The notes beneath the pieces are model-generated. The model was not told the origin of the DNA and searched no databases. It worked only from the letters and a program-made list of their open reading frames with translations. Made by a program: the position numbers and the translations under genes. From Eledone cirrhosa (lineage: Eukaryota): a stretch of DNA of 64,000 nucleotides. Positions 54,609-64,000 of the stretch are shown here, piece by piece. The first letter of the stretch is position 1. Each line of letters begins with the position of its first letter. The stretch covers positions 49,786,001 to 49,850,000 of the forward strand of contig OZ024741.1 of the NCBI GenBank assembly GCA_964016885.1, read 5' to 3'.

Positions 54609-55558
54609 GTCAGTAACAAATCTTATATTTTTATGATTTTACTCAAATACTAAATACTTTAACCCAATTGAGTGGTTTAGTAGAAACTTTTAAAAGCAAT
54701 CTACTTTGAATTATAGCCCCAAAACCTTATGAGGATTATTAGCCAAATATTAGCAGATTTATGGCAAAATTCTCATGGAAGGTAGCAGGTTATTAGAATA
54801 GATGGCAACATAGCTATGACAAAACTGAAACAAATCAGAACTTTCAAATGAATATACTTTATTAGGTGTTCCAGCCAACAGGCTGAGGCCATGCTGGGGC
54901 ACTTTGATGTAATTTATAAATTATTAACTACATACCATATCTTCAAGAACTAAAAAATCCAAGTAAAAGATAAACTATAATGGCTACCCATACCTAGTTC
55001 AGTTATATTTCATACTATGTGGGTCAACTGAAAAGTTTGTTGGTTGAAAAGTTCATAGGCTGACCAAGATACTCATGGAATGACCAAATAAGGTTTATTT
55101 TTCAACATAATCCCTGGAAAGAAGCAATGCAGTTATTAATAAGAAGTTGAAACTAATGCACGCAAGATTTCATAGGCTGACAAAGATAATCTCATGGAAA
55201 GACCAAATAAGGTTTATTTTTCAACATAGTCCTGGAAAGAAACTTGAAATTAATGCATGCAAGATTTTACAGCGCTAGCATCAATCATTCATAGTCAGTT
55301 TATTAACTTTTCAGCCGACCCTCATACAAAGTGGTCAAGAGAATTACTTGAGTTTAAATTTGAATTCTGGTCTGTCAGTCCGGCCTGAAATTTTGACTCT
55401 GACCTCATCATAAAAGAAGGTGAGCAAAGTTTCAGGTGTAGTTGATGGCCCAAAAAATCATCTTATCCATTCAGATATCTCCATTTAGAAATGTAATTCC
55501 AACAGCAATGATTACAAGAGTTGGTTTTTTCCAGTGTGTCTATGTGTATGCGTGTGTT

Positions 55559-55596
<38 letters not shown>

Positions 55597-55736
55597 CACA
55601 TAACTACCACTACTCATTTCGAAAATATGTCTTTTTATAATAATCCTGTTAAAAAACACCTTGCCCTTTTTTCCTTTCTTTTTTTTCATCTCTTTCTTTA
55701 TCTCCCTTTTTTTTTACAAAACTATCCTTGTTATAA

Positions 55737-56640
55737 AAAGCACAATACCTTCTCCTAGTCACATTAACCTCTATGTGTACCTGTTATGGCTTAATTGCTA
55801 TAAGTTATTGTTTTGTCTTGTCTTTTACTCCATGGACAGCGCTGTGGCTTATGTCAGATGCTGTGACCCCAGGTGGACCAGCAATACAGTTATTAGGGGT
55901 TGAAACTGCCTGAAGTCCATTTTCATGGCTGAAGACCTTGGAGTTCTGTGTCTTTCGTTTATGTTTTTATTTTAAAAAAAAAATGTTATGGTTTACACTT
56001 CAAAAAAAAGTTATTTCGTTTTGCCTTGTTTTTGTTCATTTTCTTCAAAATGGACTTTGGGCAGTTTCAACCTCTCATAACTGTACTGTAAACCATTAAA
56101 AAATTTTTTTAAATAAAAAGGTAAACAAAAGACACAGAACTCCAAGGTCTTCAGCCATGAAAATGGACTTCAGGCAGTTTCAACCCCTAATAACTGTATT
56201 GCTGGTCCACCTGGGGTCACAGCATCTGACATAAGCCACAGTGCTGTCCATGGAGTAAAAGACAAGACAAAACAATAACATATAGCAATTAAGCCATAAC
56301 AGGTACACATAGAGGTTTATGTGACTAGGAGAAGGTATTGTGCTTTAACCCCTAATAACTGTATTGCTGGTCCACCTGGGGTCACAGCGTCTGACATAAG
56401 CCACAGCGCTGTCCATGGAGTAAAAGACAAGACAAAACAATAACATATAGCAATTAAGCCATAACAGGTACACATAGAGGTTTATGTGACTAGGAGAAGA
56501 TATTGTGCTTTAACCCCTAATAACTGTACTACTGGTCCACCTGGGTTCACAGTGTCTGACATAAACCAAAGTACGGTCCATGGAGTAAAAGACAAGACAA
56601 AAAATAGCTTATAGCTGTTAATACATAACACGTTCACATC
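55737..56640. repeat. ~250-bp inverted repeat followed by 165-bp tandem copies
   Basis: 55737-55985 is the reverse complement of ~56100-56346; aacccctaataactgta recurs at 56182, 56347 and 56512. Confidence 0.93.
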
Positions 56641-59447
56641 TGTCGTACAATGCACAGAATCTCTTTAGTCTTCTCTCGAAATAACATTTAGTATAAATGA
56701 CATACATACACTCTCTCTGTTAATTTTCCTAATTCTATTATTACTAACCAGATGGAAGGCTAGTGCTAAGCTGATTACACTACAGTCAGCTTATGCCTTA
56801 TATCTGTATCTTATAGTCTACTATAATTTATATATATGCTGTATCTTATAGTCTACTATAATTTATAAATTATTTTAAACTTTCAGATGCCACTTGATTT
56901 GCTTAATATTTTTATGTTTCGCCATCATCATCATCGTTTAACGTCCACTTTTCATGCTAGCATGGATAGTATGTGCTGTCCCGTTGTGAAACAACCAGGT
57001 TGGAGGATCGTGTTTTGCTCATAGAGAACTGAGTTTATCTTGGTTTCTACGACTGGATGTCTTCTTAATGCCACCACATTTAAAGTGTGAGCTGGACATT
57101 TCTGGGTGCTTTTTATTGTGTCACCACCACAACTACTTTACAATGTGGACTGGGTACTTATATTAATGCATATTTCTTTATGTTCTGTTACTTTCAACTA
57201 AGCTCAATAAAATATCTATTATAGATAAAATATATATTTTGTAAGGGTTAGCATGAGAAGGAAGAACATTTCTGGGTTTCCAAACATGCTGAAAGATGGC
57301 ATTTGTAGGTAGGGGCCATGACTCGTAGATTGCTGTAATAGGAAGCAGGGTATATAAATAATTGATTTATCCTCAGACCAGAGCCCTAATCAAAATCCTT
57401 ACAGCAATGATGACTCTGCTAAATGCACTGAAGAGTTATGTAGTGTTGGTATTAAGCAAGGCAATAGTTGTATCTTATAACCATGCTGTCCATCTTTTCC
57501 CCTGTACTCACTGATTTCAGTGATTATAAGGTTCATATACCTTTTTGACTGCCTTATTCCATCTTCACTGGCCTATAGGTTGATTTGTATAGTGGTATAC
57601 TTGTAAAACCCTTTGAGTATAAACTTGAATCCCTGTGTTGGTTTGTGGTTCTTTTTTTGTTTTTGGAAAAAAAATTCTTTAATTTTGCTTTTTGTTTTTA
57701 ATACTAGGAAAAGTAGCGATGTTAAAGTGACATAATAAATAAATAACCGTTCTCGCTATGCCAATAGGTAGACTTGAGATGTCACCCATGTGTAAGGTGG
57801 GAATTTCAGATATATTCTGTTTCAATTTAATGTTTTTTTAATTCACCAAAAATGTAGAAGTGTAAATACCTATATATCATTATTGAAAAGATTTTATGTA
57901 CAACTCTCTTGAAACATGTCTAAGGAATTAAAAATGATTTAACTCTTTAGCATTTAAACTGGCTGTATCTAGCCAGAATTTTCTCACCTCTTTCTGTTCA
58001 AACTGGCTGTAACCAGCCACTCATACTGATGTTAAGATATTGTTCTTAAAATAAATAATATCAAAATCTCATAAATTCAATATTATGTGAGGTAAAGCCT
58101 TTACCACGGAAATATAATAGTAAATATAGATTAATGTAAATGCTAAAGAGTTAAAAGGTAATTTTTCCATATATATATGGCTAAGTTCATACAAAATGAA
58201 AAAAAATGTGGATGAAAAGAACAGAAAAATGGATGAAAAAAAGGGCAGTCCCTTCTTATCATTCAATTGCTTGAGGTCGTCATGGTTTTGGTACTTTAAG
58301 GCCGATACCACTAGCTCCAATGCACATGGGACAGTAACAATAGATAACTGGTTATGCGTACATTGGTTCCTATCATAGATGCATTAAATCATTTTTTTTC
58401 TTTTCAAATTGTAATGTTTATGTATGTAATCTGTTTAAAATATATTTACATATGTTAATTTTGATTCAATCTTTCAGTTTTTATTTCAGTTTTCTATACA
58501 TTTTATTTCCTTTCATTAACTTTAAACTTTGCTTTATTCCTCAAAATAGATTAACCTTTTCTTTCTTTCCTTTTTTTGTCTCCTGCTTTTTAAGAATTTC
58601 TTTCAAAAGAATTAGGAAATAATTTAATTACACACATGCATATATCATTATCAGTGACAGATTTACAATTGTGCTTAGGTGTGCTTATATATTTTACAAT
58701 GAACTTTTCAAATGTTTGGGGCCTCATAACTTAACTAGCACAGGGCCTCATTTGTCCAAAATCCAGCATATATCATTATCATCACTATTTTACATTCAGG
58801 TTTCCATATTTCCCCTGTGTTAGCTGGGTCTTTTTTCAGTACTATGTCTCACTATTTCTTGTAGTCTTTTGCTCTCTTCTTTATGAACTTCAACCTCCTG
58901 AGATCAGCTTTAACCACATATATCCATCTATTCCTCAGTAGTCTTCTGTGTGTAGGTTTTTACCATTTGAATTACATGGCACTTCTTTATCCAACCATCC
59001 ACCTTCATACATATATACCCATATCTGCTCAGTCATTCCTTTTGCACACTTTATCTGATTCCTATTATACTCAGTGTTTTTCTCAACTTATTGGTCATTT
59101 GTCATTTAAGTACTCTAACATTACATATCCAGTGGAGCATGCGCACCTAATTTCTTTTCAGCCATTGCACTACCTTCTCATTCAATGCCCATGTTTCACT
59201 GCCATGCAACATTGCACTTCATATACAAACATTGTATAATCCACCCTTCACTTGGACAGAACACTCTTCACCACTGCTAATTAGGTTGCCTAGATAACAG
59301 AAGTTATCAAATATGTACTTTTAGAGATTCTTCCTCATATATGGAAGTATTATTTTATGGTTGCTCTTAGTGCTGACTAATATTTACACATCTGCTACAG
59401 ACAGTGATTCCACTGTATCTCATATGCAACCATAGTGTAAAATATAA

Positions 59448-60124
59448 TAATAATAATGAAATTATTGTGTACAGTGCTCAGGTGCACTACAACTCATCAA
59501 AGGTGCATGTATAGTACATAGAATAATGTACAAATGTCAGGAAAATGAACAGTGTATGAGTCATGATATAATAATAATAATAATGAAATATTGTGTACAG
59601 TGCCCAGGTGCACCACAACTCATCAAAAAGTGCATGTACAGTACATAGGGCAATGCACAAACATCAGTAAAATGAACAGTGCACGAGTTATGATACACAC
59701 ATGTGTGCATGTGTAAAGAAGGGGTACATCAGGTGTAGTTTTGGCGTATTTCGGGAAGCATGAGTGTCTTAAAGGATGCAGTGTCTCGGCAGCTAATAAC
59801 TGACGCAGGCAGTTTGTTCCATGCTTCAGCAACTCTGAGCGTGAAAAAATGTCTACGAAAGTCATGGGAGCTGTGCTGTTTTCTGATTTTGTAGGCATGT
59901 CCACGTGTGTTAGACACATGGAGATCAAAAAGGTGCTCAGGGTTGTTGTTGGCGAGATGGTTAATAACTTTGTGGGTATTCACCAAGTCCATTGCCAGAC
60001 GTCGGAGCTTCAATGAATCCATGCCTAGGGAAGCAAGGCGTTCAGAGTATGGTAGGTGTCTGATGGAGGGTATGCGCATGGTTGCACGTCTCTGAACAGA
60101 TTCCAGGCGGTCAATGTTCTGCAT
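59448..60124 (-). mobile_element. 5'-truncated CR1-group LINE with a second 3' tail fragment; more tails at ~28210, 37090, 38600, 39905
   Basis: ORF 59729-60124 (LESVQRRATMRIPSIRHLPYSERL...FFTLRVAEAWNKLP) is near-identical to 39209-39700. Confidence 0.88.
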
Positions 60125-61629
60125 TGGTTACACCATATAGAATTCCTACTATACTACTAACCCCTTTTCTATTTATCCAACATGGATATTCTCATGATAG
60201 TACAGTTCTGTTTTTTTCTGCTTTTTTTTTTATTGTGTGTTTGCAGTAAGATCTCTCTGTTTGGAAATTCTTCATTAATATTTCAACAGATTGATTCAGC
60301 TCTGAGAGCAAGTGCATCAGCATACAAAAGTTTCTCATAGACAACCAGTCTTAAATTTCTCTGCTATGGGCTTGAGATCTATAATAAACAGGAAGATACT
60401 GTGAACTAAGCCCTGATATACACTAAATTCTTCATTAACTCATTAACAGCTCTCATGTTGCTGACAGCATTTCTGTTCTTGGTTTGCATTGTTCACACAA
60501 GCCATTCATTTACACTTAATTTCTTAGTAACCATCAGGCTTATTTTTTAGTAACCATCAGACTTATTTTCTTAATAACCATCAGACTTATTTTTTTAGTA
60601 ACCATCAGGCTTATTTTCTTAGCAACTATAAAACTACAGATAGTGGAACCCAGTGTGAGGCCTTCTCCAGTTCTTTGCTAAAAACTTCAGTAATTGCTTC
60701 ACTAGGAAAAGGGGTATCAGTGGTACTCTGTCTTGAAACAAATCTAAACTGAAACATCTAAGTGAATTTTCTACCTAATCAGTTATGAAGTAAAACTCTC
60801 TTGATGCTTTCATACTTTCATAACCTGGTCCATCAGTTCAGTGTCTCAGTTTTTGCATCTAAGCCATTGTAGCAGTTGTTGGTGACACTACTATGCTAGT
60901 CATGTGAATGACTGCTTCCTAAACTACCTGATTGACTATGTGAGTTTCTAGGACATTTCCTACATCACTGGATATTTTCAGTAACCCAGTGACTACTTCT
61001 AATGCTCCGGCTGTTGACTTCAATACCTGGCTCCTCTTTTATGTCCACATGTGGTAGGCCTCTACTGTCTCATCCACACATTTCTCACACTTAACAACCT
61101 ATTGTGCTGTGTTTCCTCTCCCTCACTATCAATGAGGGCATCACTAGTTTAAATACACATATATATATATATACATATGTGGCACTCTGTTGGTTATGAG
61201 TATTCCTATTGATATGATCAACGGAACAGCCTGCTCATGAAATTAACATGCAAGTTGCTGAGCATTCCACAAACATGCATACTTTTAACGTAGTTCTCAG
61301 GAAGATTCAGCATGACAGAATGTGACAAAGATGGCCCTTCAAATTACAGGCACAACTTATTTCTGCAAGCTGAGTGGACTGGAGCAACATGAAAAAATAA
61401 AGTGTCTTGCTGAAGGACACAGCATGCTGCCAGGAATCAATCTCACAATCTTACGGTTGTAAGCTGAATACCTTAACCACAAAGCCATGTACCTTCACAC
61501 AGGTGTGTGTGTGTACACATATATATATATATATAGATATATATATATATATAGATATATATATAACAAAGGAACCAGGTGGACCATAACACACCAGAGT
61601 ACTCGATACTTAGGGTAGTAGAGTGAGTA

Positions 61630-61757
61630 ATAGGAAAGGAGTCAGGACCCCGATGGCTGAGCTCCAGCCGTTTCGACAGCTAGATCTGAACGGATGTTTA
61701 GATCTAGTTGTCGAAACGGCCGGAGCTCAGCCGTCGGGGTCCTGACTCCTTTCCTAT
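61630..61757. repeat. Near-perfect hairpin: 62-bp arms, 4-nt loop
   Basis: 61630-61691 vs 61696-61757: 58 of 62 Watson-Crick pairs; loop GGAT. Confidence 0.97.
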
Positions 61758-62051
61758 ATATATATATATGTGTGTGTGTCATAATGCAAATGACCATAAT
61801 AAATAATAGTTAAATATTAGTTGAGGAAATCAGGTAGAGTAGTCCTGGAGATGGAAAAAAAACTGGAGATAAGCGCTTGCCTGGCATCTGAAAATATAGG
61901 GTTTAATTCCTCACAAGTGCTTATATAGAAGCCTGTAGTTAGAGGTGTAAACAATGGTTGACTTAAGAAGCATCGGGGAAATTTTAAATGTGTGTTTCAA
62001 AATGACTGTAATGGCAGCTGTCAAATGACTAAAACCAAAGGAGCAATAGTG

Positions 62052-62510
62052 TATGAGAGTTAGCTGAAAAGTTCATAGGCTGACCAAGATACTCTCATGG
62101 AATGACCAAATGGGGTTTACTTTTCAACATAGTCCCAAGAAAGAAACAATGCAGTTATTAATAAAAAGAATTGAAATTAATGTATAATTTCACAGTTTTA
62201 GCATCACTCCATCATAAGCTGACCAAGATACTCTCATGGAATGGCCAAATAGGGTTTATTTTTCAACATAGTCCCTGGAAAGAAACAATGCAGTTGTCAA
62301 TAAGAGTTGAAACTAATGCATGCGAGATTTCACAGCTCTAGCATCACTCCTTCGTAGGCTGACCAAGATACTCTCATGGAATAACCAAATGTGGTTTATT
62401 TTTCAACTTTACTACCTGGAAAGAAACTTGAAATTAATGCATGCAAGATTTCACAGCTCTAGCATCACTCTTTCATTGTCAGCCTATGTACCTTTCAGCT
62501 GACCCTCATA
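62052..62510. mobile_element. Tc1/mariner-like MITE with internal ~140-bp tandem units; relatives at ~41845-42090 and ~55015-55326
   Basis: TIRs tatgagagttagctgaaaagttcataggctga / tcagcctatgtacctttcagctgaccctcata with TA ends; internal repeat ggctgaccaagatactctcatggaa... Confidence 0.7.
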
Positions 62511-62713
62511 CAAAGTGGTCAAGAGAATTACTCAGGTTTAAATTTGAATACTGGTTTTCAGCCTATGAACTTTTCAAGCCACCCTCTTATGTATGTATAT
62601 TCATACATACATAAAACATAGCATGCACATGTATATCTGTATATTGACAGTTCTTGTAAAGACAGTTTAGACATATATTCAGAATATGTTCTTTTCTTTT
62701 TCTTGTATGTCAG

Positions 62714-62814
62714 CGAAAATCGACCAAAGAAATCCATTCAATATATCTATACTAAGAAATTCAACCCTGATGAAAATGTTGTGAAAATATTTTTACCATC
62801 TGGAGAACTTGAAA
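62714..62814 (+). CDS. PKD1L1: Exon S (ENRPKKSIQYIYTKKFNPDENVVKIFLPSGELE); the gene continues beyond the window
   Basis: Pyrimidine tract plus tgtcag acceptor, gtatgg donor, phase 2-1 matching exon R. Confidence 0.78.
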
Positions 62815-64000
62815 GTATGGTTTTCCTCTTATTTGTTCTGATAATATGAATTGTGATAGTTTTTTTTTTTCCCCCTCTATATACTAGCTGACTAACTATA
62901 GTTTGTGAGTGGCTTATATATATTTATTTTCCAGCTAACCAATCAGTAACAAAGTAAAGTAAGACTAATGTTTTACTATGTATATCAAATATAAACCGAG
63001 GAATATGTAACAAAAAAATTGATGGTAAAATGGTGAGGTTGGCTTATATACGCCATATAAACAATGTGTTGATTAGCCGCCTCGGTTTATAAATAGGGTT
63101 TGGATTTTTGCCCATTTCTCATAAAATGGGGGTGGGGCTTATATTCAGATAGACTTATATTTGAGTATATATGGTAATTTTTATTTCATGTCACATTTTA
63201 TAAAAAGGTTTCCAATGGACCAATCACTACATTTCCAATGTCAAGTGTGACATTGGGAGCATCATCTGTAAAACTTGAGCAGGGAAAATACTACAAGGTG
63301 TTTTTGTTCAAAGCATTGATTTATCTGCTTTCTAACTGAATTCTACTTTGCTGATATACAATAGTGCATGATATATATCGAAATGTCATTTCTCCAAATT
63401 TTAAAGCTATGACTTTTCCTTTAATTTAGTCATGGTTTTCAATCAACTGTTAATTTTGTTGTTTTTATTTTCAGTAATATCTTAAATCTTTACTTCTCTC
63501 GCCGATTTTATAATCATTAACCATGATTGAATGCTCTGTTTAATGTTTATTTTCTATGTTTGCATGAGTTAGACAGCTTATCATGTTATGAGGACAAGCA
63601 GGTCACATGACTACATCTATATATTTGAATGACTAACACAGCATACAGAATCTAAGTTACCATGAAAGTAAACTTGAGGTCTCTCTCTGAACATCACTCA
63701 TCCATTCTTCATCTGCCTCCTTGTTAAAGGCTGTCCTTACTTCCTGTCCACATTTTATATCTGGCCTTCTGGCGACCACTTACTTACTGGACTTATAATT
63801 GCGCTATAAACTTACATAACTAATTCCTCCATATGCAATAACTGCTTCAAAAATTAGCCATCTATAATTGTACTATCATTGTCTTTGTATCTATATGTGT
63901 ACCTACCAGAAATGTACAATTAGTTTACACACTTATCTGTGTTTCTGAATGTGATTGTGGCCTCCATAAGCTACAGGGAAGACAGCCGATCTAAGATGGG

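Larger units (their letters stand above)
7286..62814 (+). other. PKD1L1: Internal part of a polycystin-1 family gene (PKD1L1-like): PKD repeats, REJ, pre-GAIN region; 24 exons, incomplete at both ends
   Basis: 24 exons with AG acceptors and GT donors chain in phase to 3522 nt with no stop. PKD motif WNFGDG...YDVTLTVFNEIS. REJ motifs LEYGNYT, VLDGSYSKDPD, LRYQWHC, CNNC..LTYEW, LPAG. Motif order and insert position match my recollection of vertebrate PKD1L1; orthology needs a phylogeny. Confidence 0.85.

Noticed and set aside
62935-62953. Possible 19-nt exon after exon S
   Set aside because: The acceptor is plausible but the donor is ambiguous, and the downstream exon needed to test phase is not identified in the window.

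Overview
Eukaryotic, AT-rich and repeat-dense DNA. The SINE, MITE and LINE repertoire looks like that of an octopod cephalopod (inference from recalled repeat families, not checked). The window lies inside one large + strand gene, whose start and end fall outside it. I assembled 24 GT-AG exons by hand (7286..62814, 3522 nt, 1174 codons) with consistent intron phases and no stop codons. They encode a polycystin-1 family ectodomain most like PKD1L1: PKD repeats, then a REJ module with a low-complexity insert, then a region leading towards GAIN. Most notable is the REJ insert, built from five symmetric phase-1 micro-exons (42, 48, 36, 48, 42 nt) that arose partly by tandem duplication. One duplicate pair is 100% identical. 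The other differs only at non-synonymous sites in its alignable part, with an EE to KK charge reversal. The introns hold a >7 kb 40-bp satellite, a 49/48-bp minisatellite grown inside a dispersed element, tRNA-derived SINEs, piggyBac-like and mariner-like MITEs, LINE fragments, a near-perfect 62-bp hairpin, a ~250-bp fold-back and hammerhead-like motifs. Exon coordinates are exact manual counts; repeat boundaries are approximate.
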